From Bacteriovoracaceae bacterium (GTDB lineage Bacteria; Bdellovibrionota; Bacteriovoracia; Bacteriovoracales; Bacteriovoracaceae): a DNA stretch of 64,000 nt. A program made the translations under genes and the position numbers. The notes under the pieces were generated by a model. That model made no database searches, was not told the DNA's origin, and saw only the letters and a list, made by a program, of their open reading frames with translations. Below are positions 35,825 to 45,416 of this stretch, piece by piece. Every line of letters begins with the position of its first letter. Within the stretch, counting starts at the first letter, position 1. The DNA lies in assembly GCA_048270185.1 (NCBI GenBank), contig JBLWTJ010000001.1:768001-832000 (forward strand). Direction: 5' to 3'.

Positions 35825-37150
35825 TTATAAATTATTAATAGCTGTGTAGAGATCAACGACTCCACCAGTAACGATATCCCCTTCCATCGATGACTTCTTT
35901 GTCACTGAATCCATGAGGATTTGCTTTAACTCAGCTGAAGTTAAAGATGGGTTATGTGAAAGGATTTCAGCAGCAACACCAGAAGTATTTGGCGAGGCCA
36001 TTGAAGTTCCAGACATATTTCCATAACGATTCCCCGGAGTCGTTGAATAAATCGATGATCCTGGAGCGGCCACGTCTACATTCTTAATTCCATAATTTGA
36101 AAAATAAGAAAACCTACCCGACTTTGTCGAAGAAGCGATTACAATCATCCCCTGTGTTTCAAAAGAAGCTGGGTACGTTAATCTCTTATCGATATCACGA
36201 GAGCTATTTCCTGCACTTGTAACAACAAGCACATTATAAGTTTCAGAGATATAATTAATCGTATCTTCGACTAATGAACCACCTTCATTATGTGATTTTC
36301 CAAATGAACAATTTATAATACGAGCTCCGTTCTTTGCAGCGTAGAGAAAACTTTCTGCCACATCAACATCTGTCTCATCGCCGTTATTAGGAACAGTTCT
36401 AATCCCCATAATTCTTACGTTTGAAGCAACACCGGCAATTCCAATTCCATTATTCTGCTTGGCCGCAATCGTTCCTGAGACGTGAGTTCCGTGAGAGTGT
36501 CCATCCATAATCTCAGCCGTTGCGTTTCCATCAGCATCACGAACGAGAGTATTAATTCCATGAACATCGTCAATATATCCATTTCCATCGTCATCAATTC
36601 CGTTGCCTGGAATTTCACCTTCGTTGACCCACATAACATCTTTTAGATCTTCGTGATTATAGTCAACTCCTGTATCGACAACGGCAACAATGATTGGTGC
36701 TGAGTTCTTAGCGAATCCAAATTCTTCATAAGTCTTTGTTACACTCATTCCATGACGATCACTATCTTTAAAGGCCCACAAGCTCGAAAGTTTTGGGTCA
36801 TTTAAAGTTCCCATTTTCGACTTTTCAAAAGTACGACGAACCTTTTCAACACCAGTTGGTGTTGGAAGTGCCTCTGACTTAGCATATGTATCAAAGTTGG
36901 CCGACTGTACCTGAGGAAGAGCTCTCACTTCATCAATTAACTTCAAGTCACCATTTGTTTGAAGAATATAATAGTCTCCAAAGAAATGACGTGCGCTTTT
37001 AACTCCGGAAATTTCCGGTAGTGATTTAGCTGAATGAAGTTTAACGATAAGACGATTTGGATTTACATTCTGCGACATTCCCTTGGCAGAGATGTTAAGA
37101 ATGAAACCGATAATAATTAGGACGGTTCCGATAAAGAGTGATCGATTCAT
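35825..37150 (-). CDS. Secreted S8 subtilisin-like peptidase with prodomain
   Basis: VAVVDTGVD, HGTHVSG, SAGN, GTSMASP. Reads on the MINUS strand (CAT at 37148-37150, stop as TTA at 35825-35827) although the ORF track prints '+'. Confidence 0.95.
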   Translation of the reverse strand: MNRSLFIGTVLIIIGFILNISAKGMSQNVNPNRLIVKLHSAKSLPEISGVKSARHFFGDYYILQTNGDLKLIDEVRALPQVQSANFDTYAKSEALPTPTGVEKVRRTFEKSKMGTLNDPKLSSLWAFKDSDRHGMSVTKTYEEFGFAKNSAPIIVAVVDTGVDYNHEDLKDVMWVNEGEIPGNGIDDDGNGYIDDVHGINTLVRDADGNATAEIMDGHSHGTHVSGTIAAKQNNGIGIAGVASNVRIMGIRTVPNNGDETDVDVAESFLYAAKNGARIINCSFGKSHNEGGSLVEDTINYISETYNVLVVTSAGNSSRDIDKRLTYPASFETQGMIVIASSTKSGRFSYFSNYGIKNVDVAAPGSSIYSTTPGNRYGNMSGTSMASPNTSGVAAEILSHNPSLTSAELKQILMDSVTKKSSMEGDIVTGGVVDLYTAINNL

Positions 37151-37292
37151 TTGCAATTCCTTTTGCTAATAAAATTTCAGTAAGTTAAGAGTATCGATAA
37201 AAATACAATATAGAAAATATCTTTTTCTTACTTTTACACTCGGACATCGGGGCAAATCCCCTTACTTAACTCGTCGCGCATACGCCGTTTTA

Positions 37293-37311
37293 ATGACAAA
37301 TCCATGACAAA
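37293..37311. promoter_or_regulatory. OmpR/PhoB-type direct repeat upstream of hemC
   Basis: ATGACAAA-TCC-ATGACAAA (11-bp period; reverse strand TGTCAT-N5-TGTCAT). Confidence 0.5.
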
Positions 37312-37366
37312 AAAGTAAGTTAAGTATTGTAATTTACATACTCACTTTTAAACACAAGGATATATT

Positions 37367-38896
37367 TTGAAGTACATCATTGGAACACGTGGATCCCTAC
37401 TTGCACTCACTCAATGCAATCAAGTGAAAGATCAACTTGAGCAATTAACTGGAGATGAGTTCGAGCTTAAAATCATTAAAACTCAAGGGGACCAAATTGT
37501 TGATAAACCTCTTTGGCAACTTGAAGGTAAAGATTTTTTCACAAAGGAACTCGATGCGGCCCTACTTCAAGGTGAAATTGATCTTGTGGTTCACTCATAT
37601 AAAGACCTTGGAAGTGATCGACCTGAAGGAATTAAACTAGCGGCCATTACAAAGAGAGATTACGCCCACGATATTCTCTTCATTAAGGAAGAGACTGTAA
37701 GCAAACTTATGTGTAAGGAGCTAACTGAATTTTTCGTTGGAACATCTTCTCCAAGACGTATTACAAATATTGAAAGCTCACTTGGTGAGTACCTTCCCTA
37801 CGGTGACCATGTAAAAGTCACAACAAAAATGCTACGTGGAAATGTTAACTCTCGCCTACAAAAACTTGTGGATGGTAACTACGATGCTATTGTACTGGCC
37901 ATGCCTGGTATTGAGAGACTAGCAATCACTGAAAGTTCTCGTCTTGAATTAGAGAAACTTTTAAAAGATATGACATATATGGTGCTACCACATAGTCAAT
38001 TTCCAGCGGCGGCTTCTCAAGGAGCACTTGGAATTGAATGTCTTGCCAACCGCGATGATAACGGTGCTCTTGAAGAAAAACTTAAGCGCATCCAGCACAA
38101 AGATACTGTTAGCGAAGTAAGCCGAGAACGCCAGGCATTTGCAAGTTACGGTGGAGGTTGCCACCTTGCTGTTGGTATCAATGTTTCTAAGGTCGGCCCT
38201 TACTATGTTCATACTCACAAAGGAAAGGTAGATGACAAGGTTATCTATGAGAGACACCTTGAAGGTAGTTTTCCTAACCCAGACTCAAAAGAGAAGGCCT
38301 TCATTGGTTTACCTCATGCTGATCACAGAGAAGATGAATATATTTACTGTGAACTAATAAAAAAAGAATCCGTCTCTAATGCAAGAGTTCCAAATAACGA
38401 TCTACTCGTTTCTGCACGATACGCTACAGATCTTTTTAAGAATCATGGTAAAGCTGTTTACACTGCTGGCCTTCAAACATGGAAGCTTCTGGCCCAAAAT
38501 GGTCAATGGGTACATGGAAGTAGTGATAGCCTTGGTGAAGCATATCTTGATAAGTTACGTGATTCTCTTGCAATTCAAGTAATGAATGGACCAAAAGAAG
38601 ATTTAACTATTCTTACACACAAAGATTCGTACTCAGACTACGGCCAAATCTTTGCAGCATACAATAGAACGACAAAAGAAATTTCGGAAACATTTAAAAA
38701 TGAACTACTACAGTGCGATGTTTTCTATTGGACAAGCTTTTCTCAGTACAAAGCATATATCGAAGCAATGCCTGAGATTAAATCAAAGTTCCACGCTTGT
38801 GGACTAGGTAAAACGTTTGAACAACTTTCAAAAGAAGATATTACTGTTCGACCATTTGCCAGCATGAATGAATTTAAAACTTGGTTAAAGAAGTAA
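37367..38896 (+). CDS. hemC: Hydroxymethylbilane synthase with C-terminal HemD-like extension
   Basis: IGTRGSLLALTQ, FFTKELD, VHSYKD, VGTSSPRR, LRGNV, cofactor Cys GGGCH; extra ~200 aa ending VFYWTSFSQ...ACGLGKT. Confidence 0.92.
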   Translation: MKYIIGTRGSLLALTQCNQVKDQLEQLTGDEFELKIIKTQGDQIVDKPLWQLEGKDFFTKELDAALLQGEIDLVVHSYKDLGSDRPEGIKLAAITKRDYAHDILFIKEETVSKLMCKELTEFFVGTSSPRRITNIESSLGEYLPYGDHVKVTTKMLRGNVNSRLQKLVDGNYDAIVLAMPGIERLAITESSRLELEKLLKDMTYMVLPHSQFPAAASQGALGIECLANRDDNGALEEKLKRIQHKDTVSEVSRERQAFASYGGGCHLAVGINVSKVGPYYVHTHKGKVDDKVIYERHLEGSFPNPDSKEKAFIGLPHADHREDEYIYCELIKKESVSNARVPNNDLLVSARYATDLFKNHGKAVYTAGLQTWKLLAQNGQWVHGSSDSLGEAYLDKLRDSLAIQVMNGPKEDLTILTHKDSYSDYGQIFAAYNRTTKEISETFKNELLQCDVFYWTSFSQYKAYIEAMPEIKSKFHACGLGKTFEQLSKEDITVRPFASMNEFKTWLKK

Positions 38897-38919
38897 AAAG
38901 AAAAATAAGAGGAAATTAT

Positions 38920-40191
38920 ATGAGTAACCTACAAACAGAAATTTTTGAAAAAAGTAAGAAGATGGTGCCTGGAGGTGTACACTCTCCAGTTCGCTCTTTC
39001 AAAGGAATGACTTCAACACCAAAATTCTTTAAAAGTGCAGAAGGTGCATACTTCACAGATATTGAAGGTAAAGACTATATCGACTTTTGCATGAGCTTTG
39101 GGCCTCTTGTTCTAGGTCATCAAAATCCTAGTGTAAAAGAGAAATTGACTGAAGCCTTAGGGCGCGGCTGGAGCTACGGAGCTTGTGAACCATATTCAGT
39201 TGATCTTGCAGAGTACTTACTATCTCGCCTACCACATGTTGATCAAATTAGATTTGTAAACTCTGGGACAGAAGCCGTAATGACGGCCCTTCGTCTTGCA
39301 AGGGGTGTAACAAAGAGAAATAAAATCATTAAATTCAATGGTTGCTACCATGGACACGTGGATGCCATGTTAATCAAGGCCGGTTCAGGACTTGCTGGAG
39401 CTGCAGAGTCATCTTCACTTGGTGTACCAAAAGGCGTTGCAGACGATACACTAATTCTTGAACTTGAAGACCTTGAAGGTGTTAAGAAGTGTTTTGAAGA
39501 TCACAAGGATCAAATTGCAGCAATCATTGTTGAACCACTTCCAGCAAATAATGGTCTATTAATTCAAGACCAAGAATTCCTACAAGGTCTAAGAGATATT
39601 ACAAAGGCCAACGATGCTCTTTTAATCTTTGATGAAGTTATCTCGGGCTTCCGTGTTGCTTTTGGTGGTATGGCCGAGTTAACAGGAATCACACCAGACA
39701 TCGTAACTTACGGAAAGGTTATTGGAGGAGGACTTCCTGTTGGCGCCCTTGCAGCAAAGAAAGAAATCATGGAACACCTAGCTCCTGTTGGTGGAGTTTA
39801 CCAAGCTGGAACTCTAAGTGCTAACCCTCTGGCCATGGTTGGTGGACTTGAAACACTTAAGCAAATGACAAAAGAAAATTATCAAGTTCTTGAAGAGAAT
39901 ACTTTAAGAATGGTCAATATCTTTAAAAAGTGGCTAGCTGAATATAACGACGGTCAATTTTCAAATTACAATATTATCCACCACTCTTCTCTATTTTGGA
40001 TTGTTCCAGGAGATAAGATTAAATCTGTTGGAAATATTCCAGGTAATATTGGAGAAGACTTTGTTCCTCTATTTGAACTTTTACTTGAGAAAGGTATTTA
40101 TCTTTCTCCAAATGCTTATGAAGTTGGATTTGGCTCTCTTGCCCATGACGAAGAAGTGACAAAAGACTTAGAAAAGAGGCTTTGGTCATAA
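38920..40191 (+). CDS. hemL: Glutamate-1-semialdehyde 2,1-aminomutase
   Basis: PGGVHSPVR, VNSGTEA, GCYHGH, IFDEVISGFR, GKVIGGGLP, YQAGTLS; ATG 38920 follows GAGGA. Confidence 0.97.
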   Translation: MSNLQTEIFEKSKKMVPGGVHSPVRSFKGMTSTPKFFKSAEGAYFTDIEGKDYIDFCMSFGPLVLGHQNPSVKEKLTEALGRGWSYGACEPYSVDLAEYLLSRLPHVDQIRFVNSGTEAVMTALRLARGVTKRNKIIKFNGCYHGHVDAMLIKAGSGLAGAAESSSLGVPKGVADDTLILELEDLEGVKKCFEDHKDQIAAIIVEPLPANNGLLIQDQEFLQGLRDITKANDALLIFDEVISGFRVAFGGMAELTGITPDIVTYGKVIGGGLPVGALAAKKEIMEHLAPVGGVYQAGTLSANPLAMVGGLETLKQMTKENYQVLEENTLRMVNIFKKWLAEYNDGQFSNYNIIHHSSLFWIVPGDKIKSVGNIPGNIGEDFVPLFELLLEKGIYLSPNAYEVGFGSLAHDEEVTKDLEKRLWS

Positions 40192-41097
40192 TTGGAACTT
40201 AAGAAATCATCTTCCCCATTCTTTATTATTTCGGCCCTAACGAGTGGCCTTATTGGTCTCTTTGGTCTTTGGTGGCTTTTTTTAATTTTTAAATTAAGCG
40301 ATCGACTCGCGAGCTTAAATATTACTGATGGCCCAAATATTGGCTCACTTATCAAGTGGGAAGGTACAGCGTTTCTTATTCTAATTCTCATTCTTGTTGG
40401 CTCTCATACTCTGCTCTACCTTAGAGATCAAAGAAAGAATCGCTCAATTGGAGCCTTCTTTGCAGGCCTAACTCATGAACTTAAAACACCACTAGCAAGC
40501 ATCAAGCTGCAAAGTGAAGTTATTAAGGACGAAGTTGAAAAAGTTGAAAATCCAAGACTTGAAAAGTTAACGAATCGACTAATAGAAGATACTCTAAGAC
40601 TTGAAATTCAAATGGATAAAATCCTACAACTCTCAAGAATTGAGCGTGATGGTAATTTAAACCCAACTGATGTTGATATTACTCATTTTATCCAGGGGAT
40701 TATCTCAGCAGGATATGCAACAAAACTTGATGTAAATTTATTAGGAAAGCCACAAACAAGTGTTCTCGCAGATGAGTTTGCACTGAGTATTATTTTTAAA
40801 AATCTTTTAGAAAATACAATATCTCATACAAGCTCTCGTGATGTAAGAATACAAATTACATCAGATCGAAATACTGCCACAATTTCCTACCATGACAATG
40901 GAAGTTTTAACGGGGATGTAAAGAAGCTTGGAAAATTGTTCTATAAACATGAGTCAACAAAAGGTTCAGGAATAGGTCTCTATCTCTCAAAGAAGCTCAT
41001 TGAAAAAATGAATGGAGCATTTGAAATAGACAATGGAAATGGCCTCACATTTACAATTAAGCTGCCTCTATCTGAACGAGGAGAATCCCGTGAGTAA
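40192..41097 (+). CDS. Sensor histidine kinase (2 TM, very short periplasmic loop)
   Basis: H-box THELKTPL, N-box KNLLEN, DNG, GSGIGL. Confidence 0.92.
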   Translation: MELKKSSSPFFIISALTSGLIGLFGLWWLFLIFKLSDRLASLNITDGPNIGSLIKWEGTAFLILILILVGSHTLLYLRDQRKNRSIGAFFAGLTHELKTPLASIKLQSEVIKDEVEKVENPRLEKLTNRLIEDTLRLEIQMDKILQLSRIERDGNLNPTDVDITHFIQGIISAGYATKLDVNLLGKPQTSVLADEFALSIIFKNLLENTISHTSSRDVRIQITSDRNTATISYHDNGSFNGDVKKLGKLFYKHESTKGSGIGLYLSKKLIEKMNGAFEIDNGNGLTFTIKLPLSERGESRE

Positions 41098-41788
41098 CTT
41101 TGGAAAGATCTTAGTTGTAGAAGATGACAATAACCTTGGAGATACACTCAGCGAATATCTAGCAGATGTTGGCCATGCTTGTAAACTTGCTAAATCTGTA
41201 AAGGATGCTCGCTACTATTTTGATGAGTTTAAGCCAAATATTATTCTGATGGATATTGGTCTTCCTGACGGTAATGGAATTGAGCTTGCAAAAGAATTTA
41301 GAAAAGCTCGTAAAGACTTTATCTTACTTTTTCTATCGGCTCTAAATGATCCTCAAACAAAGGTTGAAGGTTTTGAAGCAGGTGGAGAGGACTATATAAC
41401 AAAACCCTTTGCTCTCAAAGAACTTACAATTAGACTTGATCGACTTCTAAGTTTTAAAACAAACCTTGAATCCCTTGACGACGAGATCGCTATTGGCGAT
41501 TTAAAGATTTGGCCCAAACGATTTGAAGTTCAAGACGGTAATGGAAAAATTATTAATCTCACACAAAAAGAATGTGCAATTTTAGAAATACTACTTAAGA
41601 AAAAAAATCAGGCCATTGAGCGTGATTTAATCATCGATGAAGTCTGGGGGCAGGATAAGTTTCCTTCTCAAAGAACAGTCGATAACTATATTGTTAAACT
41701 TAGAAAATGGGCCGAGAGCGATGCTAAGAATTCCCTAGAAATTCAAAGTGTACGTGGAATCGGTTATAAATTGATCATCAAAGAGTGA
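41090..41788 (+). CDS. OmpR-family response regulator
   Basis: ILVVEDD, LMDIGLPDGNG, DYITKPF, RTVDNYIVKLR, VRGIGY; GTG 41090 follows GAGGAG. Confidence 0.95.
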   Translation: MSNFGKILVVEDDNNLGDTLSEYLADVGHACKLAKSVKDARYYFDEFKPNIILMDIGLPDGNGIELAKEFRKARKDFILLFLSALNDPQTKVEGFEAGGEDYITKPFALKELTIRLDRLLSFKTNLESLDDEIAIGDLKIWPKRFEVQDGNGKIINLTQKECAILEILLKKKNQAIERDLIIDEVWGQDKFPSQRTVDNYIVKLRKWAESDAKNSLEIQSVRGIGYKLIIKE

Positions 41789-41805
41789 TTAAAAGGAATT
41801 AAAAG

Positions 41806-42843
41806 ATGGGTTTATTTAACGATCGTAAAAGTGAAAACGGAAGAGAATTTGTACCTGTATGGTTTATGAGACAAGCAGGTCGCTACCACGACCATTACCA
41901 AGGAATGAAGAAAGAACATACATTTATGGAACTTTGTAAGAAGCCAGATCTTGCTTGTGAAGTGACAATGGGGCCAATTAATGACTTTGGTTTTGATGCT
42001 GCTATTCTTTTCTCTGATCTACTCTTCCCTCTTGAACAAATGGGAATGGGACTTGAGTACGCTCCAGGACCAAAACTTGAAATGAAACTAGAAACTGTTG
42101 CTGATATTAAAGGTCTTAAGTTCCTCGATAGTGCTGAGAATTTCTACAGGTTCCAAGGTGAAGCATGTACCCTTCTAAAAGATGCCCTACCAAGCAATAA
42201 AACACTTCTTGGATTTGTTGGTGCACCATTTACTCTCTACACTTATGCAGTTGAAGGATCACACGCAGGATCTTTATACAGTTCTAAAATTGGATTATAC
42301 GACGGACGTTGGGAAGCTTTCACAGAAATGCTACTTCCAGAGCTTCTTGGTGAAATGAGAGCTCAGGCCCTAGGTGGAGCTGACGCCATGTGTCTTTTTG
42401 ATACAGCAGCGGGTGAATTAAATCATGAGGACTATACTCGAATCGTTCTGCCAGTACTTAAGAAAGTTACCGCAGAATTCAAAAAGGAATTCCCAAATAA
42501 GAAAGTAATTTATTATTCAAAAATGACTCACCTTCGTACTCTTCAGGCCATCGAAGATGATAATATCGATGTCCTAGGAATCGATTGGAGACATGACCTT
42601 GGTCATGTTCTAAATACTCTTGGGAATGATTACTATATCCAAGGTAACTTAGAGCCAGCATATCTTGGCCTTCCATGGAATACCCTAGAGGCAAAGTGGA
42701 TGGAGCTTTACGAATCTGTTCAAGCATCAAATGCCCCTATGAACAAGTGGATCTGTGGACTGGGACACGGCTGTCTTCAGTGGATTGATCAAGAGAATGT
42801 TCGCAAGAGTGTTGAGCTTATCCAAACAAGATTTCAATATTAA
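41806..42843 (+). CDS. hemE: Uroporphyrinogen decarboxylase
   Basis: PVWFMRQAGRY, DAAILFSD, GFVGAPFTL, QGNLEP, GLGHG. Confidence 0.97.
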   Translation: MGLFNDRKSENGREFVPVWFMRQAGRYHDHYQGMKKEHTFMELCKKPDLACEVTMGPINDFGFDAAILFSDLLFPLEQMGMGLEYAPGPKLEMKLETVADIKGLKFLDSAENFYRFQGEACTLLKDALPSNKTLLGFVGAPFTLYTYAVEGSHAGSLYSSKIGLYDGRWEAFTEMLLPELLGEMRAQALGGADAMCLFDTAAGELNHEDYTRIVLPVLKKVTAEFKKEFPNKKVIYYSKMTHLRTLQAIEDDNIDVLGIDWRHDLGHVLNTLGNDYYIQGNLEPAYLGLPWNTLEAKWMELYESVQASNAPMNKWICGLGHGCLQWIDQENVRKSVELIQTRFQY

Positions 42844-42846
42844 TTA

Positions 42847-42867
42847 TTTGGGCGCTTAGCGCCCAAA
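42847..42867. terminator. Stem-loop closing the hem operon
   Basis: TTTGGGCGC-TTA-GCGCCCAAA immediately after the hemE stop; no clear U-tract. Confidence 0.55.
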
Positions 42868-43013
42868 CTCCTCTAATACCAACTAGTTCCAACATCTATG
42901 TAAGAATATAATAGAATCTATTTCTACATATTCTACTTCTCAAGTCCTAGAATAAATAAATTGTACAAGATAAAAGCAGACGAGAATAATCCCAAATACC
43001 AAGGAAGGGTAAA

Positions 43014-44219
43014 ATGAAAAATCCAAGAAACGTAATTAATAAGATGAGTTTATTAATTGCTTTATCACTTCTTAGTGTAAGTACACTTGCTGGTGATCAC
43101 AAGTTTATCGTAACAGGTAAAGACCTATTCACTTCAACACAGAGTCTTCACTCAAACCTCAACCTAAAAGTTTTAAAAGTTGACGGAGATGTTGTTGTTG
43201 CTGAAACAAAAGAAATGGCAGAGAGAGCTGAGATTTCTCACCTAGCACACGAAGAACACCAAAGATGTGGGGGTTACTTTGCTTTCCAAACAAAAGAAGA
43301 AGCTCTTCAATTTGTTGAAGAATCAAAGAAGAACTTAAACACAAGTTCATTCTTAACTGATTACACAATTAATCAAAAGGATCTAGTTAACTCTTCAATA
43401 GAGAAAGCTCAAGAAGGTTCAATTAGAAGTGTTATTGAGAAGCTATCAAGCTACAATAACCGTTACTATAAATCACAAACAGGTGTTGACTCTCAAAACT
43501 GGCTAAAAGATTACTGGACGTCATTAACTTCACACCGTAGCGATATCAGCGTTGAATTATTTAATCACTCAAGCTACCCACAGCCATCAGTTATTGCCAC
43601 AATCAAAGGTAAGTCAGATGATATTATCGTAGTTGGTGGACACGCAGACTCAATCGCAGGTTGGTGGGGACGCACAAATGCCCACGCACCAGGAGCCGAT
43701 GATAATGCTTCGGGAACTGCAACAGTTACTGAAATTCTTAAGGTTCTAGCTCAAAGCGGTTATCAACCAGAAAAAACAATTAAATTCATGGCCTACGCTG
43801 CTGAAGAAGTTGGGCTTCTTGGTTCAAAAGAAATTGCTCAAACTCATAAAAGAGCAGGAAAGAATGTTGTTGGTGTTCTTCAACTTGATATGACAAATTT
43901 CAACAACTCTAATGATGATATTACAATTATCACAGATCATACGAACGAAGCACAAAATAACTTCCTAGGAACTCTGATTGACACTTATCTTCCAGAATTA
44001 TCTTGGGGACGCGATACTTGTGGCTACGGTTGTTCTGATCACGCATCTTGGACATCACAAGGCTTCCCTGCTTCAATTCCATTTGAAACTCGCAAGCGTG
44101 AAATGAACGGAAGAATCCATACTGCTAACGACACACTTGAATACATGGGTGGGACAGCTGACCACGCACTTAAATTTGCAAAACTTGGTCTTGCTTTCGT
44201 TATCGAATTAGATCGTTAA
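43014..44219 (+). CDS. Secreted M28 leucyl aminopeptidase (Vibrio-type)
   Basis: RCGGY, GGHADS, PGADDNASG, AAEEVGL, QLDMTN, CGYGCSDHASW, IHT. Confidence 0.93.
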   Translation: MKNPRNVINKMSLLIALSLLSVSTLAGDHKFIVTGKDLFTSTQSLHSNLNLKVLKVDGDVVVAETKEMAERAEISHLAHEEHQRCGGYFAFQTKEEALQFVEESKKNLNTSSFLTDYTINQKDLVNSSIEKAQEGSIRSVIEKLSSYNNRYYKSQTGVDSQNWLKDYWTSLTSHRSDISVELFNHSSYPQPSVIATIKGKSDDIIVVGGHADSIAGWWGRTNAHAPGADDNASGTATVTEILKVLAQSGYQPEKTIKFMAYAAEEVGLLGSKEIAQTHKRAGKNVVGVLQLDMTNFNNSNDDITIITDHTNEAQNNFLGTLIDTYLPELSWGRDTCGYGCSDHASWTSQGFPASIPFETRKREMNGRIHTANDTLEYMGGTADHALKFAKLGLAFVIELDR

Positions 44220-44247
44220 TTCAATCAAAAACTCAATTAGACTTACT

Positions 44248-44276
44248 GGCCAGTTTTCATAACTGGCCTTTTTTTT
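44248..44276 (+). terminator. Rho-independent terminator
   Basis: GGCCAGTT-TTCAT-AACTGGCC followed by T8. Confidence 0.9.
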
Positions 44277-44359
44277 ACCAAAAGCAATTTATTTCATTTA
44301 CATCGCTTCAATTTGACATATATAATAGAAATACGTCAAATTCATTAGGGAGAAGTTCG

Positions 44360-45382
44360 GTGAAAGTTTTTAATCAGCGAGGGTTTACACTCGCTCAAGT
44401 CGTCGTAGCGGCAGGCTTACTAGGTGGCCTATCACTTGTCGTTATGAACCTGAGTAAACAACAATCAGATATTACCAAAAGAGCAAATGAGTCTCAGTCC
44501 ATTATGTTCTTTCAAGACACCGTCATGACAACATTGGCAAATACAACTCTTTGTACTGATGCCATTACAAACCCAGGAGTTGGTCAAATCAAAGACAAAA
44601 CAAGTAATGATTTAACGGGATTTGGTGAATTCTCAAAAAACTCTTATATTGATGGCCAAACAAAATCAGACTCTTCAAGTAAGATTCGTATTGTTGGCTT
44701 TAAAGTTATTAAAAATAGTGAATCCCAAACTCTTCTTGATGGAGAGAAGAATCCACTAAAACTTAGAGTACACCTCATGCGTGAATCAAGTCGCTATAAA
44801 ACACCTAAGCCAATTCAAAAGGATATCAACTTCTCAGCTATTGTCACAGGTGGAGTAGCAACAAGTTGCTCGACACTAGAGAGTAGCTCAATCGAAAGTG
44901 GAATTATCGAAGCAACAAAGAATATCTGTGATGGATTTGGTGGGACAATGGTCGATGGCCAATGTGATATGAGTGCTAGAATATCACAAATAAAAGAAGA
45001 GGCCATCATTGAAGCAATCAATCGCATTACAACAAATGAGACGATTAATGCAAGCGTTGCCAATTCAATGTGTAATGACTTTGGTGGTATTCTTGTTAAT
45101 GGAAAGTGCCAGCTGGCTGTAGCTGCTGCAGAAGAAACACCAGCAGAGGAAGAAGAGCTGCCAAGTTCTGTTACCGTTGCAGGCTCAAGTTGTCCTTCAG
45201 GCTACTCTACTGTATCTCGAACGTGGGTTCCAAGAACTTGTGGAGCAGCCCCATTTGCTTGTACTACAGCATCATTCAAAAGAGGAACAACTGCTCCAAC
45301 ATGCAGTTGGGGATCTCCAAGAGAAGGCAAGAAAACTTGCACAGCAACAACTGTTATCAACACAAATTGCAATAAGTCATAA
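44360..45382 (+). CDS. Type IV pilin-like protein with Cys-rich C-terminal domain
   Basis: Class III signal NQRG|FTLAQVVVAAGLLGGLSLVVM; internal repeat CDGFGG..VDGQC / CNDFGG..VNGKC. Confidence 0.8.
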   Translation: MKVFNQRGFTLAQVVVAAGLLGGLSLVVMNLSKQQSDITKRANESQSIMFFQDTVMTTLANTTLCTDAITNPGVGQIKDKTSNDLTGFGEFSKNSYIDGQTKSDSSSKIRIVGFKVIKNSESQTLLDGEKNPLKLRVHLMRESSRYKTPKPIQKDINFSAIVTGGVATSCSTLESSSIESGIIEATKNICDGFGGTMVDGQCDMSARISQIKEEAIIEAINRITTNETINASVANSMCNDFGGILVNGKCQLAVAAAEETPAEEEELPSSVTVAGSSCPSGYSTVSRTWVPRTCGAAPFACTTASFKRGTTAPTCSWGSPREGKKTCTATTVINTNCNKS

Positions 45383-45406
45383 AAAAAGGGAGCTTTAAGC
45401 TCCCTT
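45381..45406. terminator. Terminator between convergent pilin and xth genes
   Basis: A-tract, then GGGAGCT-TTA-AGCTCCC; T-tract on the minus strand. Confidence 0.85.
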
Positions 45407-45416
45407 CCTATTTCTT

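Noticed and set aside
37241..37290. GC-rich stretch with GGGGCAAATCCCC as a possible c-di-GMP riboswitch
   Set aside because: The second conserved GCAAA/P2-P3 architecture is missing; only a small hairpin is supported.
44313..44326. TTGACA and TATAAT upstream of the pilin gene as a sigma-70 promoter
   Set aside because: The hexamers are only 2 nt apart, so they cannot form one promoter.
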